DNA of 64,000 nucleotides from Piromyces finnis finn (taxonomy: Eukaryota; Fungi; Neocallimastigomycota), in NCBI GenBank assembly GCA_002104945.1, contig MCFH01000005.1:1116001-1180000 (forward strand), read 5' to 3'. This document shows, in pieces, positions 13,466 to 29,016 of this stretch. Under the pieces are notes generated by a model. It was not told the DNA's origin. It saw only the letters and a program-made list of their open reading frames with translations, and made no database searches. Position 1 is the stretch's first letter. Each line of letters starts with the position of its first letter. The position numbers and the translations under genes were made by a program.

Positions 13466-14045
13466 GTTTAAGAATTATTAAAATATATATTATATACTTT
13501 AAATTTTATTTTTGTAAATATGTAATTTTTAGATTTGGAACGTTTATTTTAAAATTTTGTTACTATTAATATTTGTGTTTTTAAGAATTATATTTTAATT
13601 AAAAATTCATTTTGTCAATTTCATTAATAAATATTTTAAGTATAGATTGATAAACCTATTATACTTTTTTTCATATAATTTGTAATAATTATAATAATAT
13701 TCATTAGTTATTTTGTAGTTTATTTGAATTATTAATTTTTATATATATATATACTTTTTTTAAATAATAAATTATGATAAAAAGTCATAAATATAATCAC
13801 ACTTACAAAATTTTATAATTAGAGTATTAATAATTTTTTTCTTTAAATAAAATAAAGATTTTGCCACTATAAGAAGTAGAAATTTTTATATTCAATAAGG
13901 CCAGAGTACAATTAATTATTTTATTTACTAATTATATTATATATATTATTGTAATATTTGTGATATACATACAGTTATAATAATTACTTGTTGAAATTCA
14001 TAAAAAAAAAAGAAATTTATGAATCTTTAATAGATAGTGATTTTT

Positions 14046-14076
<31 letters not shown>

Positions 14077-14305
14077 GATTATATTAATAATTCATTGTAT
14101 TAATTTCTATGTGATTAAAAGAATATGTTCTTATTATTTATAAAATATAAAAAAATTATCTCTCTATTTTTTTCTATATTTTAATTGTGTAATTCTATTT
14201 ATAACTATTATTTCTTGTATGATATTCTATATTTAATGTTCAAAACGTTGAAAGAAATGCTTTTAATTTTTAATACAATTTGGTCAATATTATGTTTAAA
14301 TTTTC

Positions 14306-14336
<31 letters not shown>

Positions 14337-15919
14337 TCAATATTTTTAATATATTTAATTTATTTATATATATGACAATATATTATAATATATTGTGTTT
14401 ATTTTATTTAATATTAAAAACTATATTGAAATTTTATTTAATAACAAAATTTATTAATATAAGATAGTGAAGATATGATTAAATAGAATACTTAAATAAA
14501 CCAATAATAAATAGTCTTCTGGTAAACTTTTAACCTAATTACAATTTCTGTATACAAAAAAAAAAAAAGAAAACCTTTTTCAAATATAATAAAATATTTA
14601 TGTTATTTATATTTATAAAGTATAAAAAATTAAACTTATATAAACATAATCTTTTTTTTTTTTTTATACTTTGATATAAAATATAAATATTAATTAAAGA
14701 TATTCTTTGTTTTAAAAATAATTTATAATTATTTATTATTAATATAATATTATTTTATATTTTATATCATATTATTATATATTATTAATAAATATAATAA
14801 TATATAAAATGTATATAAAAAATTAAAAATTTTCTGTGTAACATTTAACAGAAAAAAGAATTGTACAATAATTTTCTATTATTTTTTCCATTAATCAAAT
14901 TAAATAATATAAAAAAAGAGAAGAGAAAGTATACTTTTATTAGAAGTAATACTTTTATTTTCAATATGGATAACTTGAACATTTAAAAATTCCAATTATT
15001 TATTAATAAAATTCATTTTTATTTAACAATCATATTAAACTATATAGCTTACCGTAATAATAAAGTTTACTAATTTTTTGATATAATCAATATATATGCA
15101 ATGCATAAAATTTGTATATAAAATAATTTATAAAAAATTGCATCTGTAATTAAATTATATGCAAGAAAATAACATTTTTATGTTATTAAATATACAACAA
15201 AGTTTAATAAATAAAACATTAAAACTTTAATTATATATAGTTTTATTTAATGTATACTTTACTCTATTTAGATATGTATAATATGTATAATATATATCTA
15301 TATATCTCTTCATTATTTAGTATTACATTTTGTATTTTATATTATATATACATATAAAAAGCTTTTAAAATAGCTTACTTATTGTATATTTATACAACAT
15401 TTGTTCAACATGATAAAAATAATAATATGAATATAGAGAATAGTAATTAATAAGTAAACCTAACATCAAAAGATCCAAATTTAAAATGAATAGTTTCTTT
15501 TTTCTCCAACTTTTAATTAAACTTTAATTTATATTAATTCTCTGTTATTTTAAATTTTTCATATTAATTTATTTCTTTATTTCTTTAGTTATTTATTTAA
15601 TTTATTTAATTAATTTATTTTATTTATTTATTTATACCTTTATATTATTCTATTTTACTTATGTAATTCTATTGTTTTTTTGTAGATACAATAAAGATTA
15701 GTAATAAATACTAATATTAATAAAATTTCTTTTCATGTAAAAATTTAATGTAATATTTGTATTATTACTACTACTATAATTTTTCTATTATAATTTTTTT
15801 ATAAATAATAATAATATTTCTTGCTTTATTATTATTATTATATATATATATTCTTTTTGCTATTGATTTATTATTAGTTAATTTTTTAGTTTTTCGTTGT
15901 TTATTTATTTTTTGGCAAA

Positions 15920-18900
15920 TCAATTGAGTTTTCCATTACCAGCTAAAACCATATTATAGTATTCACCCTTTAAATACATTAATTGATCATGAGTTCCCAT
16001 TTCTTCAATGTGACCTTCTTTCATAACAACAATTATATCAGCATCCTTAATAGTAGAAAGACGATGAGCAATAGTAATGGTTGTTCTACCTTGAGATGCT
16101 TCTTCTAAAGCATTTTGAACAACCAATTCAGATTCAGCATCTAATGCTGAGGTGGCTTCATCTAAAAGAAGAATTCTTGGATTACGAATAATCGCACGTG
16201 CAATAGCAATACGTTGTTTTTGGCCACCACTCATTTGTGAAGTGCCAATACCTCCAACAACAGTATCATAACCTTCTGGAAGAGAAGAAATAAAACCATG
16301 AATATTTGCTTTTTTAGCAGCTTCAATAATTTCTTCTTCAGTTGCATCTTCTTTTCCGTAACGAATATTGTCTCTTACAGAAATATTGAAAAGACTTGGT
16401 TCTTGATTTACAATACCAATTTGTTGACGTAACCATTTTAAATTATACTTACTATTGGCATTTCTATCAACAATAATAGAACCGTTTGATGGATCATACC
16501 ATCTTAATAATAAACCAATAATAGTACTTTTTCCGCATCCAGAACCACCAACAATAGCACACATTTTTCCTGCTGGTATATCAATTTGGCTATCCTTCAT
16601 ATTCAATATATTTACAGTAGGACGGGATGGATATTGGAAGATAATATCCTTAAAGGTAATAGCACCAGTAAATTTATCTTTTTCCATTTTAATACCAGAA
16701 GGATCAGTAGCATCAATTCGAGGCTTACGGTCAATAATTTCAAGAACATGACCAAAAGCTTCAACAGCCTTTCCATAACCCGGTACGACAATAGTAGCTC
16801 TACCAACACCAACAACAGTTAAAATAACAGCTAAAACTACCTTTAATAAAGGATCAATTTCAATTGAATTTGATTTAATAGCTAATACTGCAATGTAGAA
16901 AACAAAGTCATACATAATGAACATAATACCATTACTGAAACCATTTCCAATTCCACCATATATAATTTTACGCTCATAACTTTTCTTTGGAGCATTTAAT
17001 TGAACTTCGTAGAGTTGATTGAAATATTGTTCCAAATTAAGAGCATATACGGTCTTAATGTTGATAATTGATTCACAAGCAATTTTAGTACTATTTTCAT
17101 AAGCAATACGAGTATCATCATTACTACTTTTTTTCAAAATTAATAATACACCAGCCAAAAGTACTGGCATTCCAATTAATAAAATTAAAGATATTTTCCA
17201 ACCGTAGATAAAGGCAATGGTAAAACCAACAATAACGGAAACTATAATTTCAAATAAAAAGCCAATATTATTATTCAATCCTTGAACTAAACCTGCATCA
17301 CTGGCTAATTTAGCAGTGAGAGTACCTGTTCCTCCAACATTTCCATTTGCTTGGGTTTGATTATCCCCGATAGAATTAGTGTCGAAAAAGCCAACTTCTT
17401 GTCGAAGAATAGAATTATACATCATTTTACGAATACTGTAGGTCAAGTTTTCACCAGCCATAGAAAAACCAGAAAATTGTAAATAATAAGAAATAAAATT
17501 GGCTATACCAATAAATACAAAGAATTTACCCCAGTATTTACCGTCATTAATTAAATCATCGCCTTGCTCATTAAATACATTAATGGCTGATGCTAATACA
17601 AAGGAATATAATGGAGGAATAATACCATTTAAAATAGATCCAATAATACCAATAAGAATAGCCCACCAGTAACTTTTATTGTATAAGAAGTAACGACCCC
17701 AATTCATTTTACTTTTTGATTTATTATTCATTTTTACAAGTGACTTAACAGTACTGGCAATACTAGTTCTAGTATTAATTTTCTCTACCGGTATTTTTTC
17801 CTCATTAGATAATTTCTTTTCTTTTTCTTTTTCTTCTTCTTCCTCACTTTTATTTATAATATTATCATCATCTTCTTCATTATCCTCTTCAATATTCATT
17901 TCTTGGTTTTTAACTAAATTGTAATAAACCTCTTGTTTTTCCATTAATTCATCATGTGTACCTGATTCAACAATAACACCTTTATCCATAACAATAATAC
18001 AATCGGCATTTCTAATAGTTGTTAATCTATGAGCAATAATAATGGTTGTTCTATTTTCAGATGCGGAATCAAGTGCCGTCTGAACTATTTTTTCTGATTG
18101 GTTATCCCTTATAGTAATATTTATTTTAATGGATTATTTGTATATATGAATAAAAATAATTTTATAAATTAGTATATTTTATTTATTATATTAAAACAAG
18201 TATTAGAAATAATAGAAAAAATTAAAACAATTAAAATGCTAAACTCTCTAAAGTTATTAGTTAAAAAAATAATTAATATAAAAATAATACTTACAAAGCA
18301 GAAGTTGCTTCATCTAATAATAAAATTTTTGGATTAGACATTAATACTCTAGTGATACAAATGCGTTGCTTTTGACCGCCACTAAGTTGAAGTCCACGTT
18401 CACCAGTACTAGTATTATAACCATTAGGAAGCTTTAAAATGAAATCATGAGCATTAGCTAATTTAGCATTAGCTTCAATCTCTTCTTGTGTAGCATCTGG
18501 TCTAGTAATAGAAATATTTTTTGAAATACTTGTATCAAATAAAGTTGGTTCTTGTGACACTAAACCAATTTGAGAACGTAACCAACGAATATTATATTCT
18601 TCTATATCCCTGTTATCAATTAAAATTCTACCACTTTTTTTCTGATAGAATCTCTCTAATAATTGAACAATTGTAGATTTACCAGATCCAGAAGAACCTA
18701 CTAATGCAATAGTTTGACCAGGTTTACAATTAAATGAAATTCCCTTTAATACCTCGACATCTGGTCTTGCTGGGTAACTAAAAATAACATTTTCAAATTG
18801 AATATAACCTTTAAGAGGTTCTTCTGGAATCATACCAGCATCTGGATTGATACTTGGTTTTCTTTCTATGATTTCAAATAATTTTACAGCAGCACCACTA

Positions 18901-20672
18901 GCTTCACTGAAAGCATTAAGAATAGAACTTAAAGTAGTAACCATAAGAATACCCATAAGTATACTAATTAAAACTCTAAAAACACCAGCTCTATCCATTT
19001 CTCCATCATGAATGAACTTTGTACCACCAATAAAAATAATACTAATAGAAGAAAAGACGATACCAAAAAGAGAACCTAAAATAAATCCAGTGGCATTAGA
19101 TTTAATAATACCATATTTTCTTGTTGGTTTTAATTTTTCACAGTAACGATCAATTTCTTTTTGTTCACTTCCAAAAGATGCAATTGTTCTTATTTGAGAA
19201 AAAGCTTCTTGAGCAATACCACCGACTAAAGCATATGAATCTTGACTTTTTTTTGTAAATTTCTTTAAAATAATACCCATTAAACCTAAGATAATTATAA
19301 TGAATTTTTAATTTTTTTAAAAAAAAGATTAATGGAACAACAGTAAAATAAAATGTAATATAAATAATATATTAGATATATTTACCAACGATAAGTAATA
19401 ATATTGGAATTATAGCAACCATTACTAAAAAATATTTAATATTAATATTTAAAAAAAAAAAAAGAATTAGAAAATTTAAAGTAATAAAACATTATAAATA
19501 AAATTATATTAAATATTTTCTAATATATAATATATTCTTCTTATTACTTACACATTGTCAATTTCCAACTACTGACAAATGAAATTGCATAGCAAGCTAA
19601 AAATGTTGTAACATTTTGAATTAATGTACCGACTTTTGAACCAATACCATCTTCAATTAAAATAGTATCACTAATAATTCTTGAGGTTAATTCACCTGGA
19701 CTAGTTTTTTCATGCCATTCAATTTCTTGATTTAAGAGTGCTAGATAAAATAATATGTAACAAAAAATTTAATACCCGTGTATATGAATATATAATTATT
19801 AAATATAAAAATTTTTAGTTAACAAGCAAACATTTAAAAACAAGAGAACGGATTCTTGCACTTTGGCGAGAGGCAGATATATTAAGTAAGTAATAAAATA
19901 AGAATCCAGTTATAAATGCCACAGCACCAACTATTAATAATAAATATATAATTTTATATAATCTATCCATAATTTCATCCATCTGTAGATATTTTATAAA
20001 TAAAATAGTATTATATTAAAATAAAATATTATATAATTATTATTACTATTATAATTTTAGATATTCTTCTAAAATCATATATTACAGTATTAAAGGTAAA
20101 ATCTTTTGAAGTTAAGTCATATGTGCCATATTTTGAATTTTGAAATCCTTCATAGACTTTGTTGAAGTCTAGATTAGGATATTTCATTATTACATTTGCT
20201 ATTTTATTTGGATCACGTGATAGCATATCAGGAATAATTGATTTTAATAAATTTTCCTTTAATTTTTTTTAATTAGTATTATATAAATTAGTGGAATATA
20301 TAATATGAAATATTAAAAAACAAATATATATTACTGCTTAAAAATAACTTACATCTTCGATACCAGTAATTTTCTTAATATTTAAGTTAAGAACAATTGA
20401 AATAAGAATTTCCAAAATATCACCTAAATAATAAACACTGACAAATCCAAAGTTTTAATTTTTTTAATATATTATTATTATTTTTTTTTAATTGTTAATG
20501 ATTTAAATACTTACACTAATGGCATACACAAACCTTGAATGAAAGCACATATGACACCAGCAAAAATCATAAATTTCTCAACCCCATTTGAATACCTATT
20601 GAGTTGGAAAAAAGAAATTCTTTTTTCTTTTTTTTTAATATTTGATTTTGAATTATTTTTTGAATCTGACAT
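15920..20672 (-). CDS. MDR1: Full-length ABCB (MDR/P-glycoprotein-type) exporter, TMD-NBD-TMD-NBD
   Basis: Start ATG at 20672 (MSDSKNNSKSNIKKKEKRISFFQLNRYS...). NBD1 has GSSGSGKST, LSGGQKQRI and LLDEATSAL. NBD2 has GGSGCGKST, MSGGQKQRIAIARA, LLLDEATSALD and IAHRL. Two TM domains; several short GT-AG introns in the 5' half. The symbol denotes the family, not proven orthology. Confidence 0.93.
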
Positions 20673-23127
20673 ATTAAATTTTTTTAATTTAATTATTACT
20701 ATTTATTTCTATTTCTATTTCTATTTTTATTATTCTTATAATTATTCTATTTACTAATAAGTTATTTTAACTTTATTTAAATCTAAATAAAAATATTTTT
20801 TTGTTATTATACTAATTTAATTTTGAAATTACTGTTAATTTTCAAAGAAATTAAAACTTTTTTCATGAATTAATTTTTCTTTTGCATTGATTATAAATAT
20901 ATATAAATATTTATAATGTTGTATTATATATATTTTAAATAATAATTTTAAATTTTAATGTGTTAAAAGTATTTTAATTATGGTATTTTTTATTTTTTTT
21001 TATCATTTATAAAATAGTTTCCGAATATTTAAAAAATTTTAAAAAAAACTATTTTTATAATATATGAATGAATTTCCCTTATTCCATTTAACCTAATTAT
21101 GGATAAAATTATAATTTTTATAAAAAGAAAAGGTAGAAAGAATAACTTATTAAAAAAAGATGAAGCGTAATATTCCATATTTTATATTTTATATAAAAAT
21201 AAAAATAAATTAAAAATGCGTTTTAACTTTTTTTAATTAATAAAATAAATTAAATGTTACATACACAATAATGATAAAGAATAAATTTATTCTCTCATAT
21301 AAGGATTAAATAATTATGGCATAATAAATAAAATATATATTAAAATAAGTATTTATTCATAGTATCTTTTTTAAGAAATAATAATAATTGTTACTACAAT
21401 TAATATTTGATATCTATAAGTTAAAATTACTTTCTATATTAATTAAATGTTATTTTAGTATATCAATATTAAAATAATTCTATTTAAATTCTATTTAGTA
21501 GTATTTTATATTTTTAAAATGTTTTGTAGAATTAATATCATATTTTGGAAACTCCCCAAAAAACTTTTTTTTTTTGCAATAATTTTTTAATTATGGAAAA
21601 TAAAATTTTTATAATTCTATTTTATATACAAAATTCCACAATATTACAATTATAATATTAATATATATAAATAATATATTTGTATTAATTTAAATTACAG
21701 ATAAAATGAATATTAAAAATAAATTAAATACTATATATGAAAGGAGAATATAAAAAGTTTAAATATTATCTTTTTATTTGTGTAACATTGGCAATATTTT
21801 TGAATTGGAATTTGTGTTTATAAAAGGAAAAAAGAAACATTTTTGTATCCATCATAATAATTTCTATTTATTTATATAGATATAATAGATAGATATAATA
21901 TTAAGCAATATATATTGTTTATTTCCTTATTATTCATCTTATAATATAAATTATAAATAAAAACTGGTGATATTATATTTATTTGTAAAACTATTTAATC
22001 TTTAGTAATATATGGATTAATAATTTGTATGAACAATCGTTACCTTAATATTTTTTTTATTGATAATATCAATATAAAATACAATATTTTTCCTTTTCAT
22101 TTTATTATATTTATTAAACAATTTTTTTTTATTTTTACTTTTTTTTTTGTTTTTTTAGCTACGCAGTCAAACTATAATTTTCTATTATTTTTTAAAAATT
22201 TAAAAGATACATATTCTTAATTATTCTTCTATTATAATAAGAATATAACAAGAATAATTATTGTCTTTTTTTATAATTCATTTTAACAGATAATAAATTT
22301 GGTTATATTTTTATTAAGGAAAATATATTCAAAGGTTTTCCAAACTGTGTAATATACATTTTTTTTTTAAATTCATAATTGAATTATAATATTAATATTT
22401 TATATTATTTATTCTCCTTAAAACTTAATTATTCATTCTTAATAGAAATTTACTATCAGAATAGGTGGAAAAGATTTAAAAGTAACTATCTTTGAATTTA
22501 ATACTCTTTTTTTTTTTTTAAAATCTATACTTACCAACAAATTAATAATATTTTCATATCTTATAAAATTATTAGAAAGTTTTTCCATTTAATTAATTTA
22601 ATATAAAAGAATTTTATTGGTAATAAAATTTTTCTTTTTTTTAAAAAGTTAAGAATTGGTTATTTAAAATTCAAATTAATCTTATTAAAGTTATTCAAAA
22701 AATAAATTATTAAATTTTTAATTATTGATAATACTAATAATTAATGTAACTTAATTATGATGAACAATCCTTTGGAAATAAGTTTTTAATATATTTATCC
22801 AAATTTCCTTATATAAATAAATGATTATAAAAAATATAATTTCTCTTATTTTTTAATTATAATTACTTTATAGTTAACTTATAAAAATTATCATTATCAA
22901 TTATTTTATTATTTTTATAAAACATATTAAAGTAAAAAAAAAAAAAAAGTATATCACCAATTAAATGTATTCATATTTTATTTATCAATTATTATTTACT
23001 TGTAAATTATATTAATTTAAATTAAAAAGAATAAAAAATAAAAAATTATAAAAAAAAATATTTATTTTAAGAATTATAAAGATAAATATATCAAATGTTA
23101 TAAAATATTTACATAAGATTAATATTT

Positions 23128-26100
23128 TTAAACTAATGAATGACTATTTCCAGATAGAGCACCAACTATACCAGCAATAATAGCTACTGCTAGTAATAAA
23201 GTATAAATTAATGGTATAAGTTTCTCAAAGTATTGCCTTATGTTCTTTTTTTGTGTATCATTAGATGTATTAAGTAATTCTTCATTTACTTCTTCTTCAT
23301 TATTTATAAGACTAACATAGAAATTAACGCTAAAGATTTGTCGGAACCTTCTTTCTTTTAACAATAATTTTGGTAATTTTTTCTTGGCTCTTGTATATAT
23401 TTGTTTTATTATCACCATTATTGCAAAAAATGCATGATAACCATCCATATTATAAGCAGGAACCATATTTAGTATAGATAACGCTGCTGATAATGAAATT
23501 GTATATCTTTTTTATTATTATTATTATTATTAACATTAAAATAAAAATATAAAAAAATAATTTATTAATTTTAAGAAAGTATAAAAAATAAAAATATTTT
23601 TTTTTAATTATTTAAAATTTATGTATATATATAAAATAAAACTATTCAAGTCATAAAAATATATTTACTTTATTGTATATTCAATCATATATGGAATAAA
23701 AAAGGGAAGAAATCTAAATCTGGGAAAATAATTTCCAACTTTAACTATATATCATTTAGAAATCCATTAGAAAATTATTTAGTAACTATTTAATAATATA
23801 TTATGTTTCATTTTACCTGAATCCCAAACTTCACGTGGATCACTTAAAAAAATTACTTCTTGATAGTATGGATGATGATCCTTTGGATAATCATTAATTT
23901 GAAATTTAATAACTCTCATGAAAGGATTAGGTATATATGGTGTCATACAATAGGAGTCCAGTTGAGTATCGTAAGAATGTAAATTCTCAAAATATTCTTT
24001 TTGACTTAAATCTTCATATTTTACTTCTCTTTTTCTGATTAAAGCGTTTGATATCAAAGAACTAGTATTATTTGTTGAATTATATTCATTTATTAACCGT
24101 TTTTGTTTTATATAATTTATATCCTTACAATCACTGTCAACATAACATTTTGGTGAGTTTTTAATAACATTAATAAAGTTAGTACATTTAGATTTAATTG
24201 GTGGTACAGGAATATAAGGTCCGCTTCTTTCAACATTGAATGTTTTTTCATTCATATAAACTTCATAAAGATCTAAGAGAGCTTCATGGTGTTCAAAACA
24301 TTGAAGATTAGATGAGCTTAAGGGTTTTTCTAATGAAACATTACAACAGGAGTTATCATTATCTATTTTTATACATAATTAATGGTTATATTAATAAGTT
24401 GTTTAAAAAAAAAATAAATGAAATATATTATTCTATAATATAATTTCATGAATAAATCAAACAGATTCATTACTTTCATATAGATCTTTTGAAATGCAAT
24501 ATCCAAGGTTATTAATAGGATTTTTTATTAAGCTTTGTCTTAATATTATTTCAAATCCGTCCTTTCCATATGGTATTGGTTGATCGTTAATAGTATGAAT
24601 AACACTTCCCTTATTAATATATCCATATAATGGAGAATTCTTATTTATATATTGTAAATTTAATATTCATTTATTCATCGTTAATACATGTTTATATAAT
24701 ATAAATATATATATATATATAATTTTTAATATTTTTTTTAATGAAAATTTTCTTCTTCCATATAGATTTTATAAATAAATCTATAATACTACATATATAA
24801 TACCTTATTAACATCTAACACATAAAGTTCATTATTACTATGGCTATATCCAATATATAGCCATATTGGCATAGAAATTAACAATAAATAACATATAATG
24901 CATAACCATACATTATGCCATACCCCAGCACAGAATATTCTTAACTGATTGAATGGTTTTAATAGTAATAAAAGATGATCATCCATATTAACAAATGCTC
25001 CTGGAAATATTATATACAAAAATGAACCTGTTGAATAAACCGATACATGTTCACTATTAAATATTCAAGTAAATTAGCGCTAAAGACAAAAACTAAAGTA
25101 TTAATTTAATATAAAAAAATTATATATATTGAATTACATTAATGCTGCTATTGCATGGCCGAATTCATGAATAATTCCTGACAAGAATACTGCTAAAATG
25201 TAATATCCTATATGGCATAAGGGTAAATTGATTCCAGGAATCTTTTTTTAAATGAATATTTATTTATAAGTTTTCAATATATTATGAGAAATATAAAATG
25301 ATATATCATTGGGAGTATATAATTTATATTTATTTAATTTTAATAAATTTACTTTATTTTAATTTTTAAATATATAAAATTTATAATTTAATTTTAAAAT
25401 AAGGCTAATATTTACCACAGATACTAAAAATTGGTTGTACTTTTTTGCTGTGTGTTCTGTGAAACTTTCCTCGTATTCATAATTTTCATTCCAATTGCCA
25501 TAAACCAAACTTTTTATATAATTGTCATACGATATTGGTTGAGTTTTATTAATAATAATAGAATTCTCTGAAAATGTCTTTAAAACAATTAAATCATCTT
25601 TTATTGAAACAAAATTATCTTCATTATTGGTGAATTGGAAAGTATTGTTTTGAAATGTTTGTGTATTATTAAATTCTAAATTTGAATTACCGACATTAGA
25701 TAATTTGTTAAATTCGACACTAACCATTGGATGATTTGGAATGTTAATTTTGTTGTTATTATTAGTAAGACTATATACCAATGAATATAGTGAAATGGAA
25801 AAACTAGCCAAAAGAATTAAAGTACTTAAAGCAATTGCGAAAAACCCAAAGATTACCCCTACTGAAAACCAAATTTGCCAAAACTTTTTTCCTTTTTTAC
25901 TAATATTTAATAACAATTTATTTAAAGATTTTGTTTGATAAAATATTTTACCAAATCTTACAATACTTTGAGAATTTACATTTGGGGGAAGCACAGAATT
26001 ACTGAACAATGACGAATTTGTTTCCTATAATGTAATGTAATGTTATTTATTTAATTTATCACTACCATAAACCATTTAATATATTTATAATTATATTTTA

Positions 26101-26197
26101 AATTATACACAGTTACATTTAACGATTTATATTTTCCAATAATAGCAACAATAATCCAAAATACTAAAAGTGCTCCAACGAATAATAAAAAAGCCAT
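23128..26197 (-). CDS. MBTPS2: Site-2 protease (M50 intramembrane zinc metalloprotease, S2P/MBTPS2 type)
   Basis: Spliced IPGINLP...GIIHEFGHAIAA (HExxH at 25155-25169), FPGAFV, LRIFCAGVWHN and distal PAYNMDG (NxxPxxxLDG-type third zinc ligand). Start ATG at 26197. Confidence 0.93.
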
Positions 26198-26740
26198 TTT
26201 GGAATTTATAAAATTTTCAAAACTCTACAAATTTATTGTGAAATTTTAATTAATTAGTTATTATTTTGGTTACATTAATTTTAATTCTTTTGTTAATAAC
26301 ATTATTTTTGTTGTTTTTATTGTTCTTTGATTCTCTTTAATTTCTTTATTATTATTGTTGTTGTTGTTATTTATGCAAGTTATTATTTTTTTAATGTGTA
26401 ATAACAAATAAATCACACTTTTCTGTTAATTTTTAATATTTACTTATTAAAAAATAAAATTAATATATTAAAAATCTTTAATATACAGAAGATTTGCTGT
26501 ATAATAAATATACATAAAATTATGTCAAATTTTCATAGATTCTTATTGCTAAAATTACTAAATTTGTATTTACTTTCACAATTATTTTTTAAAATTACTT
26601 TTTGAAATTCAATTTTTAAACAGGAATTAAAAAATTTATTTTTCAGTTATTTTATCCTGTTAAGTATTATTCAATTATAATTTAAAATTAATCTAAATTA
26701 GTAATAATATCATTCAATAAATTTTATAATATAATATTCA
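26198..26740. promoter_or_regulatory. Short divergent (probably bidirectional) promoter between S2P and RFC4
   Basis: Head-to-head start codons at 26197 (-) and 26741 (+), ~540 bp apart, whereas most other intergenic gaps here are about 1-3 kb. Confidence 0.5.
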
Positions 26741-26995
26741 ATGTCATCATCAACTCTAAATGCCCAAGAATTACCATGGTATTATTAAAAAGTTTTTTAT
26801 AAAGTACATTTTAATAATTACAAATTACAAAAGAAAATAAAAAATTATTTAAACAAAAGTGTCAGATTAATACTTCAGTAAATATATACAAAAAAAAAAT
26901 AAGAAGAAAAAAAATGAGGAGGAAGAAGAAATATTAATTTCTAGTTTTGAAATCATTTTAAAATGTTTTATAATAATTTACAACATATATATATA

Positions 26996-27026
<31 letters not shown>

Positions 27027-29016
27027 CTTATAGATATATTTATTTATAAATTTACATTATTTTAAAGTAATCTAGTATAGAAATACCACATATATATGCA
27101 TTATATAAAGCATTATTCATAATTTACATAGATAATAATTAAAATAACGATAAAGAATTATTAAGCAAATTTCATTTTAATTTTATTCTAATCAAATTAT
27201 CAAATTAAAAAAATAATTACTTTAATAATAAAATTGAAATAATATACATATAAGAAATAAATATATAGCTATTTTAACAATTAATGTATATTATATAATA
27301 TAATTAATTAATTAGTATTTTAATATATATTTTTAATTAAAGGGTTGAAAAACACAGACCAATATTAATTAAAGATATTACTGGTAATGAAGAAACAGTA
27401 TCAAGACTTCAAGTTATTGCAAAAGATGGAAATATGCCAAATCTTATTATAGCTGTAAATATATTAATAATATATCTAATATAATTGTATATGTATAATT
27501 TAAAATATATTTAAAAATCACTAAATAATTATAAATTTATTTATATGAATGTATCATAAAATTTTGATTATCATAATTAAACACAACAATCATGTATTTA
27601 AAAGGGTCCTCCTGGTATTGGAAAAACTACAAGTATTTTATGTTTAGCTCATGAACTTTTAGGTGATTCTGCAAAAGATGCCGTATTAGAACTTAATGCT
27701 TCGGATGATCGGTACTTATTTATAAATAAAACTGAATATATTTATTTTGTAATAGACATAATTATCATTATAATAAGCAAATAAATATATATATAAAAAA
27801 TATAAATATAACTGAAAATCCATATATGATTAAATAGAAATTAATAAAATAAATCAAAATACCTATAATAAATTTTTTATTTATAATTATTAGTGGTATT
27901 GATGTAGTAAGAAACAGAATAAAGATGTTTGCTCAAACAAAAATTACATTACCTCCAGGTAGACATAAGATTATTATATTAGATGAAGCTGATAGGTAAA
28001 TTATTATTTTAACAATGTATACTTTTTAACAATTAATTATAATGACGATAAATACCTTTTAATTTCGACTAAATATTTTGCTATAATTAATAATATGTTA
28101 AATGAAAATATATAAAGTATGACGGCAGGTGCACAGCAAGCCTTAAGAAGAACAATGGAATTATATTCAAATACTACAAGATTTGCATTGGCTTGTAATA
28201 TATCAAATAAAATTATTGAACCAATACAAAGTCGTTGTGCTATTTTACGTTATAATAAATTAGATGACAAACAAATTCTTAAACGTTTATTAGAAATTTG
28301 TGAACTTGAAAATGTATATATTTTATAATAAGAATTCTGAAAGATATATATGTAAAGTATATTTTGTTGGTGATCAAAAAATTAATAATATTTCCTTAAA
28401 TAAAATAAATATGAATTATATAGGTTAAATATAATGCTGAAGGTTTAGAAGCTATTATATTTACCTCAGAAGGTGATATGAGACAAGCTATTAATAATTT
28501 ACAATCAACTTGGTCTGGTTTTCAATTTGTTAATGCTGAAAATGTATTTAAGATTTGTGATCAACCAAATCCAGTAGTTGTTCAAAAAGTTATTGATTAT
28601 ATCTTAAAAAGTAATGTTGATGGAGCTATGGATGGTATTACTGTTCTTTTCGATCAAGGTTACAGTCCAATGGATATTATTGGTACATTATTTAAAGTAA
28701 TAAAATATTCAAATGGTATTCCTGAATATTTAAAATTGGAATTTATTAAGGTTAGGAGACTAAAATTAAGTCATATGGATATTTTATAGAATACATATAA
28801 TATATATGTATAATTTTACAAAATACAAAGCATTTTAAAGTTAGTTTATTTATGAATATTAATAACTTTTATTTTACTATATTATAATTTTAGGAAATTG
28901 GTATTACACATGTAAAAGTATTAGAAGGTTGTCAATCTCTGTTACAACTTCAAGGATTAATCGCTAGACTTTGTAAATTAATATTCCCACAAGAAAAATT
29001 CAGCAAAATAATATAA
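26741..29016 (+). CDS. RFC4: Replication factor C small subunit (yeast Rfc4 / human RFC2 type)
   Basis: Spliced [85 protein letters not shown]. Stop at 29016. Confidence 0.96.
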
